A stretch of DNA of 64,000 nucleotides from a virus (Duplodnaviria; Heunggongvirae; Uroviricota; Caudoviricetes). Below, piece by piece: positions 10,539-23,020 of this stretch. How positions within the stretch are numbered: position 1 is the stretch's first letter; each line of letters starts with the position of its first letter. The DNA lies in the IMG/VR virus record IMGVR_UViG_2778260994_000001; one strand, 5' to 3'. Position numbers and translations under genes: made by a program. The notes beneath the pieces were generated by a model. It saw only the letters and a program-made list of their open reading frames with translations, had not been told where the DNA came from and ran no database searches.

Positions 10539-11027
10539 TCAAAACGGAATATCGTCGTCAAAGTCCATTGGAGGTTCGTTATTGGCGTTGCTCTGAGGTT
10601 TACCGCCACCACTGTATTGCTGGTGGTTTTGAGGTTGGTTTGATTGCCCCCAGCCATTTGAGGACTGTGAATCGTCACGGCGAGCGCCGATCATTTGCAT
10701 GGTGCCGCCCTGGCTGACGATAATTTCCGTCGTGTAACGTTCTACACCGGCGTCATCTGTCCACTTACGGGTTTTAAGTTTCCCTTCGATGTAGACCTGA
10801 GAACCTTTTCGTAAATATTCACTCGCAATTTCAGCAAGTTTCCCGAACAAAACGACTTTATGCCATTCTGTTTGCTCTTTCTGTTGGCCCGTTTGCTTGT
10901 CGCGCCATGATTCATTCGTTGCGATGCTGAGTCTTCCGACCGCGCCGCCATTTGGTATATACCTGATCTCCGGGTCTTGCCCCAGGGTACCAATCAGGAT
11001 GACTTTGTTTACACCGCGTTGTGCCAC
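10539..11027 (-). CDS. ssb: Single-stranded DNA-binding protein
   Basis: OB-fold N-terminus typical of SSB, Gly/Gln-rich linker, acidic tail DFDDDIPF. Confidence 0.9.
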   Translation of the reverse strand: MAQRGVNKVILIGTLGQDPEIRYIPNGGAVGRLSIATNESWRDKQTGQQKEQTEWHKVVLFGKLAEIASEYLRKGSQVYIEGKLKTRKWTDDAGVERYTTEIIVSQGGTMQMIGARRDDSQSSNGWGQSNQPQNHQQYSGGGKPQSNANNEPPMDFDDDIPF

Positions 11028-11046
11028 TTATCTTACCTAATAAAAT

Positions 11047-11063
11047 AAATTAATTAGAGCAAT
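11047..11063 (-). promoter_or_regulatory. C1 repressor operator-like site upstream of ssb
   Basis: aaattaattagagcaat, 16/17 to the reverse complement of ATTGCTCTAATAAATTT. Confidence 0.65.
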
Positions 11064-11087
11064 AATGTATATCTTTGAAACGTAGCT

Positions 11088-11109
11088 AACAAGTGATTTG
11101 CATTATCCT
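11088..11109 (+). promoter_or_regulatory. Putative late promoter for lyz
   Basis: aacaagtga-N7-tatcct; same architecture recurs upstream of other late genes. Confidence 0.35.
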
Positions 11110-11196
11110 GTGTCTTCTAAAGGGATCGAGTCAGTCGGTATTGGCTGTGAATGGGTGTTTGTCCTGGAGCGTAAAAAATTCGCTTATGAGGTCTTT

Positions 11197-11754
11197 ATGA
11201 AGGGAAAAACAGCCGCAGGAGGCGGTGCAATTTGCGCTATCGCGGTGATGATTACCATCGTGATGGGTAATGGCAATGTGCGAACCAACCAGGCGGGGCT
11301 TGAGCTGATTGGTAACGCTGAAGGTTGCCGACGTGATCCATACATGTGCCCGGCAGGGGTATGGACTGACGGGATCGGTAATACACACGGGGTAACGCCG
11401 GGTGTGCGAAAAACAGACCAGCAAATCGCCGCTGATTGGGAAAAGAATATCCTGATCGCTGAACGCTGTATTAATCAGCACTTCCGGGGCAAAGACATGC
11501 CCGATAATGCCTTCAGCGCAATGACAAGCGCGGCATTCAATATGGGATGCAATAGTTTACGGACCTACTACAGCAAAGCGCGAGGCATGCGAGTCGAAAC
11601 GTCCATCCACAAGTGGGCGCAGAAAGGGGAATGGGTGAATATGTGTAACCATCTCCCTGATTTTGTGAACAGTAACGGCGTCCCCCTGCCCGGGTTAAAG
11701 ATTCGCCGTGAAAAAGAACGCCAGCTTTGCCTGACGGGGCCGGTCAATGAATAA
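11197..11754 (+). CDS. lyz: SAR endolysin (T4-lysozyme-like), Lyz
   Basis: N-terminal Gly/Ala-rich weak TM (GGGAICAIAVMITIVMG), then lysozyme E...D...T catalytic region; 185 aa from internal ATG. Confidence 0.8.
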   Translation: MKGKTAAGGGAICAIAVMITIVMGNGNVRTNQAGLELIGNAEGCRRDPYMCPAGVWTDGIGNTHGVTPGVRKTDQQIAADWEKNILIAERCINQHFRGKDMPDNAFSAMTSAAFNMGCNSLRTYYSKARGMRVETSIHKWAQKGEWVNMCNHLPDFVNSNGVPLPGLKIRREKERQLCLTGPVNE

Positions 11755-12001
11755 ACTCCGGCAGCTACGCCGACTTTCGACAATGAAGTTATCGCTGGCG
11801 GCGATAGTTTTCGACTCGATTTTCATGGCGGTATATGTGCTCAATGAGACGTGGCCACTGGAACCGCTATTATATGCCGGGCTTCGGCTGTGCCTGACAT
11901 TTTTGAGCATGGCTGCAAGATTGATGCAGCAGAAAGAAACCGCTTCAGATTGCCCACGTCGCGCGGTGCGTAAATATATGGCACGCAGACGAAGGCGATA
12001 A
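11747..12001 (+). CDS. Small membrane protein downstream of lyz (possible lysis accessory)
   Basis: N-terminal hydrophobic segment, poly-Arg C-terminus; overlaps lyz stop; followed by a terminator. Confidence 0.3.
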   Translation: MNKLRQLRRLSTMKLSLAAIVFDSIFMAVYVLNETWPLEPLLYAGLRLCLTFLSMAARLMQQKETASDCPRRAVRKYMARRRRR

Positions 12002-12012
12002 TAGTTAACGAG

Positions 12013-12040
12013 AACCCCGGCAGCCGCCGGGGTTATTTTT
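12013..12040 (+). terminator. Rho-independent terminator
   Basis: Stem aaccccggc / gccggggtt with 4-nt loop, then ATTTTT. Confidence 0.6.
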
Positions 12041-12045
12041 GGTGG

Positions 12046-14776
<2,731 letters not shown>

Positions 14777-14809
14777 TTAATTAGAATAATTCGCATCGTG
14801 TTTTAACGG

Positions 14810-14832
14810 AATTTAACACTAGTCACTTGTTA
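14810..14832 (-). promoter_or_regulatory. Putative late promoter for prt-pro
   Basis: Minus strand reads taacaagtga-N7-taaatt. Confidence 0.35.
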
Positions 14833-14842
14833 AGGATTACCA

Positions 14843-17800
14843 ATGAACAAGCTATCTATGGGGGTGTTTCGCTGTTCAAGTGTCAGCGAAATATTGAAAT
14901 ACATTAGGGCAATAACATCTCACCGAGCGCCGATTAAATACGGCGTGGAAAAGGTGGAAGGCAAAAGCTATGACCGACTGCGCCGGGAGGCGAATCAGAA
15001 GGCGATAGATTTGCTTAATTCGCTGGTGGACGGCGCGACACTGACAGATGAACAGCGCCAGATCCTGGCCGGGTACACTGGTGAAGGCGGCATTGGCGGG
15101 TCCGTCTCCGAATATTACACACCAAAGCCTATCGCTGAAGGTGTCTGGGAGATCATGAAGCTCTACGGCGCGGACGTAGGTAACACTCTGGAACCATCGG
15201 CGGGAACCGGCGTTTTTAATGAGACAAAACCGGTTGGTACGGTGATGACCGCGACTGAGATCAGCAGTGTTTCCGGTCGTATAAACCAGTTGTTACACCC
15301 GGAAGACAGCGTACAGATTTCCCCGTTCGAACAGCTGGCTATAAACACGCCTAACGATTCATTCGACCATGTTGTGGGTAACGTTCCGTTCGGCGGTCGT
15401 GATAACACACGCAACATCGATAAGCCTTACGCAGAAGAAACGGACATGGGGTCTTACTTCATGCTCCGCATGCTGGACAAGATAAAACCTGGCGGATTCA
15501 TGTGTGTGATTGTGCCGCCGTCCATTGTTTCAGGTTCAAACATGAAGCGGTTACGCCTGCGCTTATCCCGTAAAGCTGAATTTCTTGGTGCCCACCGCCT
15601 GCCTACCGGTACTTTTGACGCAAACGGGACCAGTACGGTCGTAGATGTGGTGCTGATGCGCAAACATCCGGCAGAGATGGCTGAGAAAATCCCCCTGGTG
15701 GATGAAAGCACTCTTGAATCGGCAAATGTGCTTTGGCCAACGTTTATTTCTGGCAAGTGGTTTGAAAAGGATGGCCGCCGGTTTGTTCATGGCACCCAGG
15801 AAAAGGGCTTCCAGGGGCGTATTGAGGTTCGTGCCGACGGTCAGATTGATAACCAGGCTCTTAAAGCGAAGCTGATTCATCGTTTCGAAAGCCGTATCGA
15901 CTGGTCTTTGCTCGATATGGCTGAACCGTCACCGACCGCAGACGTTGTTGGTGAAGGGGAAATGCGCCTGATTAATGGCGTATGGCAAAAATATGCTGGT
16001 GGTCGCTGGATTGAAGCTGATGCCGGGAAGGAACTTAAGATCGATGCTGCCAGTTATGGCGCGGATAGCTGGGAGGCTCTTCAGCGTAACCTGACTACAA
16101 CAGAAGGCCGTCTCGGCATGACATTTACCCAGATGGCAAATGTCCGCGATAAGTACACCACATCAATCAGCGACGATATGGTGCAGCTGGTGGACTGGAT
16201 TAACAGCCAGCCTGAAAAATACCGTGAACGCTTGTATCGCGGGGCGATGATTGGCCGGATGTTAATTGAATATCAGGACATGAAGGCCGCCGGGCATAGT
16301 GCTGAACAAATCGAACAACAGCGCCTTTCTCTGGTGTCCCGTTTGCAGGCAGAGATTGACCGTTTTGGTAACCCCGGTCGCGGTCCGATAGCTAAATTAT
16401 CGGGAAGCGGTGCGCGCTCCTGGTTTGCTTTCCGTGGTGCAATTAAGCTGGATGGCACTATTTCTGACGAGCTGGCAGGAAAGCTGGTTACGCATGATTC
16501 CAGCGCCAGTTATGACTCCACCAGCTATCAGGACACCCTGCGTTATCTCTATAGCGATCTTACCCGCGATCCAATCCAGCTCGATGATTTCCGCCTTGCG
16601 TTTACCGGCGAACTGCCAGCCAGTGATGAAGAGTTGCTTAATTTATTGGCCAGCACCCCTGGTATTGCGGTTTCACCGTATGGCGGGATTGTTCCGTTCG
16701 CCCGCGCCACCAGCGGCGACATTAACGAGATAGTGGCTCCAAAACAGGAATTCCTTGCCACACTCCCCGACGGTCCAGTAAAGAACAACGTCCTTAATCA
16801 GCTGGCAGCGATCGAAGAGAAGCGCATCAAGACGCCAGCAGAGAATATCCGCTTTAAGCTCAATAGCCGTTGGTTCGACCGCTCCGTCATTCTGGAGTTT
16901 TTGCAGGAAAACGGCTATCCGGATCTGCGCTATGTGCAGTCAGTGCAGCTGGAAGGCGACGAAATGGTTTCTGACACCTATCACGGTGGTGATGGTCTGT
17001 TCGTCGGGCACCGATACGGTGTCGTCCAGCGCAAGGATAAAGAAACAGGCGAGATCCGCTACGAGTGGGACCGTAAATCAGGTGAAAACGCGACCGGGTT
17101 CCCGGCACAGCTGGAAAAGTATCTCAATGGTGCGCGTATCGGTGGCAAAGATAGCGCGACGGCGAACGGCTACCGCGAGCAGATGGCACTGCTTGAGGAC
17201 CAGTTCAATAAGTGGATCAAGACGCACGATCGCTACGATGAGCTGGTTGCCAAATACAACGATGTTTTCAATAGCAATATCCCGTATGAACACTCTGGCG
17301 ATCCGCTTGGGTTGAAGGGATTAAGCGGTAAGCGACAGCCATTTGATTACCAGAATAGCGAGGTGCGCCGACTGTCCGAAGATGGGCGCGGCATCCTGGG
17401 CTTCGGTACCGGGCTGGGTAAAACCACGACCGCGCTGGCGCTTGAGGCGTTCAACTATGAGAACGGTCGTTCCACCCGTACTGCGTATGTAGTGCCTAAA
17501 TCAGTGCTGGAAAACTGGTATTACGAAGCAAAAGAGTTTCTGAGTGAAGAGGCATTCAGTAACTACCTGTTCGTCGGTCTTGATGTGCTGATGGATGGCG
17601 ATCAGATTCGCCAGGTGCCGGTGCTCGATGAGAACGGTAAACCTGTCGTTGGTGCAGATGGCACTCCCGTTATGCGCGATGCCCTTAAGCTGGCAGATGA
17701 AGCCACTATCACGGCGCGGATGAACGCGATCCCGCACTCAAACTACCGTGCAGTCGTGTTTACCAAAGAACAATACGCCCGCATTCCGCTACGTGATGAC

Positions 17801-20800
17801 ACCGTAGATGAGCATGCACAAGACATGCTTTATGACTTCGTTGCCGCCGGGCGCGTAGCCAGCGCAATGGATTCCGACTCCCATCGTAAAGAGGCGGCGC
17901 GTCGCCGGGTATTGTCGGAGTATTCAGATACCGGTACCGAAAAAGCAGAGAAATATCCGTACTTTGAGGATATGGGCTTCGATAGTGTGATCGCCGACGA
18001 AGGCCACAACTACCGCAATAGCTATAAAAATGGTCGCGAAGCGTCACAACTGGCCTATCTGCCCACCAGCGCGGTGGCGCAATCGGCGCGGGATATGGCA
18101 ATCAAAAACGCGTACCTGATGAAAAAGAATGGCGGGCGCGGGCCGGTTCTCCTGACTGCAACGCCAGTCGTTAACACCCCGATCGATGCATACAACATGC
18201 TTTCTCATGTTCTGCCGAAGGAATACTGGCAGAAGATGGGGATCTACGGTCCTGATGACTTCGTTAAATTCTTCGGCAAGACCAGGCTGGAAACGGTACA
18301 GAAAATCAGCGGTGAAGTTGAAGAAAAAATGGCGCTGGTGGGCTTTGAAAACCTTGATGCGCTGCGCGGCATATTCCATCGCTGGACAACGCTTAAAACG
18401 GCGGAAGACGTTAAGGATACCGTGGAGATCCCGGAGCTGGACGAACACCAGCAGGATGCACCACTTACTGAAGAACAACTGGCGGCGTATGAAGAATTGC
18501 GTCAGCAGGCGGAAGCGGCGGCCAAAGCCAACAATGGCGTAACGACCTCGGTCGATGAAGACGGAGTGATTGAGCACGAGAAAGCCCGTCCGATCTTCTC
18601 AATAATCAGGGATATGGACCGCGTATGTACTGACATGGACCTGTACTATCGCCGGATCACCTATCGTTTCCTGCCGGAGTACGCCGATGCGGTGCAGCAG
18701 CTGGCGGACAGTTTGCCCAAACAAGCCACCAGCGAAGACGACGACAGTGATGATTCAATCACGCAGCAATCGCAATACTCCCTGATAGATAAGGGCGAGT
18801 TTATTCAGTTGCAGGTTCCGGAAGCGTTCGAGCAGGAAGTGAATAAGCGCTTGGCCAAGTTTGGCATTGACGAACAGACTGTAACTCACCCCGTTACGCC
18901 CAAATACGTGAAGCTGATCGCCACGCTGAAGGAGTTTTTCCCGGAAGGTAAGCAAATCATCTTCACGGACGAAAAAACGCAGCACCAGAAGCTCAAGCGC
19001 ATTATCTGCAATGCTCTTAACCTTGAACCTTCAAAGGTGGGGATCCTGAATGCTCAGACGGTTGCCGAGGCAGGTAAAACCGGTAAGAAACTGAAAGCGG
19101 TTAAACCGCCGAAAGAGTTACCGGATGAACCAACAGATGCACAGATAGCGAAATACAACGAGCAAATGGCTCTGTATGACGCCTATATCGCGCAGCAGAA
19201 TGAAATGTCGTTGGGCGGTCTGGAAAAGATTGCAGCCGACTTCCAGGAGGGCCGGACTCCGATCATCATCTGCAACAAAAAGGCAGAGGTGGGTATCAAC
19301 CTGCATCGAGGAACGACTGACATCCATCATCTGACGTTGCCATGGACACCAGCCAGTATCGCACAGCGTAACGGTCGCGGTGCTCGAGTTGGCTCCAACC
19401 GTGCAAGCGTTCGCGTTCACTACTACTGCGGCAAGGGGTCTTTCGATGAATACCGATTGAAGACGCTGAAGCGTAAAGCAGGCTGGATCTCCGATATCCT
19501 CCGTTCAGATAAGTCGGAAATGGAGAACGCCGACGCCAATGACATGATCGAAATGCAGATGTATACCGCGAAGGATGACGGCGAACGTCTGGCAATGATG
19601 CAGGTTCAAATGGATAAGGCGAAAGCTGCGAAACGCGCTCGCCAGAAAGAACAGGCTACTATCGACCTTCAGAATTACATCAAGGCGCAGCACGCAGCTG
19701 GCGAGGATGTGGAGGTACTTACCGCTGAATTAAAGCGAAGCAAAGCGGAACTTGAAAAGACCACCGCCGAGGTAGCTAAATTCAAACAGGCGGTAATGGC
19801 CAAAGCAGCTGATAACGCAGACTGGAAAGCCCGCTGGGGTAGCGTCCATCACACAGACCGTACGTTGTTAGCACAGTATCGCGCGTCGTTGAAAAGCGCC
19901 ATTCAGCGCAAGGCTAATATCTCTCAGGCCATCTCCCGCTATGAGAAATTATTGAACCGTACTCAGAAGGCCGCGACGGATATCAAACGCCTGCGCCCGC
20001 TGGTGGAGGATGCAATAAATAAAGGCATTCTGGATGTTGATCCTGATCTGGTTAACCATGCGAATGAGTTCCTTGTTATCGGCGATCGCTCATGGCGTGT
20101 AGGCCAATACTACGATTGTGCCGGTGATATCGTTCGCATTAAGTCGTTGGACTTCGACAGCCAGCGCGCAGACGTGGAGATCATCTTTACCTTAAGAGGC
20201 ACCAAATCGGGTAACTGGGATGTGAAGACGCTGGATAAACAGGTGGATGTAACTCCCGATGAAGATGCTGTTATGCAGAAAATCAGTGGTGGCGTCTCCA
20301 TCGCCGGGATTAACGACATCATTTCCTGTGACGATTTCTACCGTTTCCAGCAGCGCGGCATGATCAAAATCACTGACTCATACGGCGTTCAGACTACAGA
20401 GTCAGGCTATAGCATCGATTTTGTTGGTACCTATACGGACCCACTGAAGCATGCGGTTTACCCGGATCGCCGTGACGGCGCGCTGAAGTCGTCAATTGCA
20501 AAATGGGTGCTTGGTATGATGTCGGAAGGGAATAACCGCCAGATCCGTTCGGCAGAAACATTCCTGGTTGAACTGTTTGGCTCCAATTATGGCGATGTAA
20601 TCGCGTCATACGGAGATACGCTATCCCCTGAAGCAATTCAGGAGAAAATAGCGGATGCGATCGCCAGAATGCCGGAAAAAACAAGCCAGGGGGCTACTCG
20701 TAACGGGGATTCTGAACTTGAAGTCACCAATGCCATTTTCGGTACCAATGAGTTCCGGGCGTCAGATTATGAGATCACCACAGCACAGTTTGGCACCATT

Positions 20801-21610
20801 GGCATTTACAGCAATAAAGACGAGATCAAACAGGCAATGGACGCAGCAAGCGCGCGCATTGCAGCAGAACGGAAAGTCAATCTGAATCATGCAGTCGCCG
20901 CGCTGACTCAATCGTGGGTAACAGCAATCAGGGAGGCCGCCACCACAGGAAAAATCACACCGGCAATTGCGGATGTCGTAAACGACGGCTCTAAATTTAT
21001 GGATGCCTATAAAATGGATGCGGTGCAGTTGCCATCAGCCTATGGGCAACTCAGCTATCGCATGACCTACAACCTGGTATCAATGTTTACCGACCTTGCC
21101 ATCCTTGGGCTGGTGGACCTTAACGAGGTTACGCCGGAATTGCTCAGCATGCGCAAGAATCATGTGGAGATATTGCACAGAATTAACACGGTACTTGCCG
21201 GGCGCACCGATGAAGAGAAACAGGCAGACGCTGATCGGATAAACCTGGCCCTTGGCAACATCACGGAGGAAGAAATTGCTGCCAGAAACGAGAAACAAGA
21301 AGAGTTATCATCAATACAGGGTGATGCCACCAGCATAGCTCAGTCTCTTGGTCTGAATTATCGCGTATCCACCGCCGACCTGAAGATGATGTACGCACCA
21401 AAATTCGCCGCTGGCGAGGTATTTGGGCTTCAGGAAGCCTCCGGCATGAAAGGGGTTCTTTTCCGTGCGAAAGACGCAATCAAGGCGAAATTCGGCGCTC
21501 GCTGGTTGCCAGCGAAGGCGAAGAACAGCGACTTCCCAGGTAACTGGTGGATTATCGAGACAAAACACAACGTGGCGGACGTTCTGGCCGTCATCCAACA
21601 ATACGCATAA
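14843..21610 (+). CDS. darB: DarB antirestriction protein: N6-adenine methyltransferase fused to SF2 helicase
   Basis: 2255 aa; MTase motifs EPSAGTG and VVGNVPFGG; helicase motifs GFGTGLGKTT, DEGHNYRN, QRNGRGARVG. Confidence 0.9.
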   Translation: MNKLSMGVFRCSSVSEILKYIRAITSHRAPIKYGVEKVEGKSYDRLRREANQKAIDLLNSLVDGATLTDEQRQILAGYTGEGGIGGSVSEYYTPKPIAEGVWEIMKLYGADVGNTLEPSAGTGVFNETKPVGTVMTATEISSVSGRINQLLHPEDSVQISPFEQLAINTPNDSFDHVVGNVPFGGRDNTRNIDKPYAEETDMGSYFMLRMLDKIKPGGFMCVIVPPSIVSGSNMKRLRLRLSRKAEFLGAHRLPTGTFDANGTSTVVDVVLMRKHPAEMAEKIPLVDESTLESANVLWPTFISGKWFEKDGRRFVHGTQEKGFQGRIEVRADGQIDNQALKAKLIHRFESRIDWSLLDMAEPSPTADVVGEGEMRLINGVWQKYAGGRWIEADAGKELKIDAASYGADSWEALQRNLTTTEGRLGMTFTQMANVRDKYTTSISDDMVQLVDWINSQPEKYRERLYRGAMIGRMLIEYQDMKAAGHSAEQIEQQRLSLVSRLQAEIDRFGNPGRGPIAKLSGSGARSWFAFRGAIKLDGTISDELAGKLVTHDSSASYDSTSYQDTLRYLYSDLTRDPIQLDDFRLAFTGELPASDEELLNLLASTPGIAVSPYGGIVPFARATSGDINEIVAPKQEFLATLPDGPVKNNVLNQLAAIEEKRIKTPAENIRFKLNSRWFDRSVILEFLQENGYPDLRYVQSVQLEGDEMVSDTYHGGDGLFVGHRYGVVQRKDKETGEIRYEWDRKSGENATGFPAQLEKYLNGARIGGKDSATANGYREQMALLEDQFNKWIKTHDRYDELVAKYNDVFNSNIPYEHSGDPLGLKGLSGKRQPFDYQNSEVRRLSEDGRGILGFGTGLGKTTTALALEAFNYENGRSTRTAYVVPKSVLENWYYEAKEFLSEEAFSNYLFVGLDVLMDGDQIRQVPVLDENGKPVVGADGTPVMRDALKLADEATITARMNAIPHSNYRAVVFTKEQYARIPLRDDTVDEHAQDMLYDFVAAGRVASAMDSDSHRKEAARRRVLSEYSDTGTEKAEKYPYFEDMGFDSVIADEGHNYRNSYKNGREASQLAYLPTSAVAQSARDMAIKNAYLMKKNGGRGPVLLTATPVVNTPIDAYNMLSHVLPKEYWQKMGIYGPDDFVKFFGKTRLETVQKISGEVEEKMALVGFENLDALRGIFHRWTTLKTAEDVKDTVEIPELDEHQQDAPLTEEQLAAYEELRQQAEAAAKANNGVTTSVDEDGVIEHEKARPIFSIIRDMDRVCTDMDLYYRRITYRFLPEYADAVQQLADSLPKQATSEDDDSDDSITQQSQYSLIDKGEFIQLQVPEAFEQEVNKRLAKFGIDEQTVTHPVTPKYVKLIATLKEFFPEGKQIIFTDEKTQHQKLKRIICNALNLEPSKVGILNAQTVAEAGKTGKKLKAVKPPKELPDEPTDAQIAKYNEQMALYDAYIAQQNEMSLGGLEKIAADFQEGRTPIIICNKKAEVGINLHRGTTDIHHLTLPWTPASIAQRNGRGARVGSNRASVRVHYYCGKGSFDEYRLKTLKRKAGWISDILRSDKSEMENADANDMIEMQMYTAKDDGERLAMMQVQMDKAKAAKRARQKEQATIDLQNYIKAQHAAGEDVEVLTAELKRSKAELEKTTAEVAKFKQAVMAKAADNADWKARWGSVHHTDRTLLAQYRASLKSAIQRKANISQAISRYEKLLNRTQKAATDIKRLRPLVEDAINKGILDVDPDLVNHANEFLVIGDRSWRVGQYYDCAGDIVRIKSLDFDSQRADVEIIFTLRGTKSGNWDVKTLDKQVDVTPDEDAVMQKISGGVSIAGINDIISCDDFYRFQQRGMIKITDSYGVQTTESGYSIDFVGTYTDPLKHAVYPDRRDGALKSSIAKWVLGMMSEGNNRQIRSAETFLVELFGSNYGDVIASYGDTLSPEAIQEKIADAIARMPEKTSQGATRNGDSELEVTNAIFGTNEFRASDYEITTAQFGTIGIYSNKDEIKQAMDAASARIAAERKVNLNHAVAALTQSWVTAIREAATTGKITPAIADVVNDGSKFMDAYKMDAVQLPSAYGQLSYRMTYNLVSMFTDLAILGLVDLNEVTPELLSMRKNHVEILHRINTVLAGRTDEEKQADADRINLALGNITEEEIAARNEKQEELSSIQGDATSIAQSLGLNYRVSTADLKMMYAPKFAAGEVFGLQEASGMKGVLFRAKDAIKAKFGARWLPAKAKNSDFPGNWWIIETKHNVADVLAVIQQYA

Positions 21611-21643
21611 CAGGAGCGCCCGGTTCGCCGGGCGTCGCATAAT

Positions 21644-22084
21644 ATGGCCACACTATCTGATACAATAAAACCGAATAAAACATATCTTGAGGCGGTACTC
21701 CGTACAGCGTTGTTAGGAAAGACAGAAGACGAATACGTTGATTTCTTCCTGTCAGGGCTACGCGGGCGATTACTGAAAAATCCCCGCCTGTACCGCAGCT
21801 ATGGTCCATACTGGCCGGAAATTAAAAAATTATTACTGGAGCGCGGTTATGGTAATTTCGGTCGTCTCGTTGACCGTGACGTTCGCAAAATTTACCGTTA
21901 TGACCGCCCGGCGCTAACACTCATAGCCGCGACGCTCTACAGCCAGGAGCGTTTTGATAATGGTCAGATATACTCAGCCTGGCATTTACTGCCAGTGCCT
22001 GAAGAAGTTGACGACCAGGACTATGAGTTTGAGTCTTACGATTTGGAAGTTGAAGCCTTGGCACAGGCTGGAGAGAAAACTTGA
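21644..22084 (+). CDS. ulx: Ulx-like protein
   Basis: 146 aa, immediately downstream of darB; position only. Confidence 0.35.
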   Translation: MATLSDTIKPNKTYLEAVLRTALLGKTEDEYVDFFLSGLRGRLLKNPRLYRSYGPYWPEIKKLLLERGYGNFGRLVDRDVRKIYRYDRPALTLIAATLYSQERFDNGQIYSAWHLLPVPEEVDDQDYEFESYDLEVEALAQAGEKT

Positions 22085-22329
22085 AAAAGCGATACTACAC
22101 AGTAAAGCATGGGACGCTACGAGCATTACAAGAGTTTGCTGACAAGCATAACGTTGAGGTGCGCAGGGAAGGGGGAAGTAAAGCTCTGCGCATGTACCGT
22201 CCGGACGGGAAATGGCGTACAGTCGTCGATTTCAAAACAAACAGTGTTCCCCAGGGCGTCCGCGACCGGGCATTCGAAGAATGGGAGCAGATCATCATAG
22301 ATAATGCATTGCTTCTCAATGCTGATTGA
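22081..22329 (+). CDS. lxc: Lxc-like small regulator
   Basis: 82 aa, overlaps upstream stop; position and size only. Confidence 0.35.
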   Translation: MKKRYYTVKHGTLRALQEFADKHNVEVRREGGSKALRMYRPDGKWRTVVDFKTNSVPQGVRDRAFEEWEQIIIDNALLLNAD

Positions 22330-22338
22330 GTTTTGTTG

Positions 22339-22363
22339 GCCCGGTTTGCACCGGGCGTTTCAC
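22339..22363 (+). terminator. Possible terminator after lxc
   Basis: Stem gcccggt / accgggc with 4-nt loop; weak U tract. Confidence 0.35.
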
Positions 22364-22411
22364 AAACAATCAACTGGTTTGTAGTTCCTGCGGCGAGATG
22401 AATTATTAATA

Positions 22412-23020
22412 TTATCGTGGTGCCGATGATGCGATAGCCTGTATGATGTTATCAATATCGTTATCGTTCAGCATGAATATAGGTACACCATTAGAGTTTG
22501 CATTTTTTTCAGTGCTCATCAAACAAAGCCCCTCATACATGCCGCGAGTTTTTTTGAAATTGGCGACTGATGGAGTGGTGTAATTTCCTTTAAAGTGCAT
22601 TCCGGCTGATTCATAAAAAGGAACCAAATCAGACTGGCAAATCAAAGCGACCTCATTTGGAAATGCAAGTATTTCTGCCAGTATATTACTTCCAAGTCCA
22701 TTACCACGATATTGCTCATATACATATATTTTATGACAGTACAACGGAAAATTTCCCGATGGATGTCCGAAGATTAAGGCGTATCCGAACAAGTTTTCTT
22801 CATTAGTAAAGCCCATAATGCGCAAATGACCGGCTCGGTAACACTCTTCAAAAACGTTAATTATGTAGCTTCTCGCTGCTTTCAGCTCCTCTTCTGTCGG
22901 GAACATCATCAACCCCATAAGCGATGGAGTATAGGCCAGATCCTGAAGAATCCCATTAGCTTCATTTTCGAAAATTAGCGGTAAGTGCGGTACAATTTCA
23001 TTTGCCGAGGTATTAGACAT
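22412..23020 (-). CDS. GNAT-family N-acetyltransferase, substrate unknown
   Basis: Acetyl-CoA motif QYRGNGLGSNIL; visibly AT-rich gene after a roughly 200-bp AT-rich spacer. Confidence 0.7.
   Translation of the reverse strand: MSNTSANEIVPHLPLIFENEANGILQDLAYTPSLMGLMMFPTEEELKAARSYIINVFEECYRAGHLRIMGFTNEENLFGYALIFGHPSGNFPLYCHKIYVYEQYRGNGLGSNILAEILAFPNEVALICQSDLVPFYESAGMHFKGNYTTPSVANFKKTRGMYEGLCLMSTEKNANSNGVPIFMLNDNDIDNIIQAIASSAPR

Noticed and set aside
21608-21640. Hairpin after darB as a terminator
   Set aside because: GC-rich stem (gcgcccgg / ccgggcg) but no U tract, and the next gene starts 4 nt later; more likely read-through.
15163-21651. Numerous 60-180-aa ORFs on both strands inside darB (for example 18044-18577)
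   Set aside because: All are embedded in the continuous 2255-aa DarB frame, which carries recognisable motifs throughout.
22095-22373. 92-aa minus-strand ORF as a possible antitoxin partner for the GNAT gene
   Set aside because: It overlaps the lxc-like gene antisense and lacks an RBS; no convincing small partner gene accompanies the GNAT gene.
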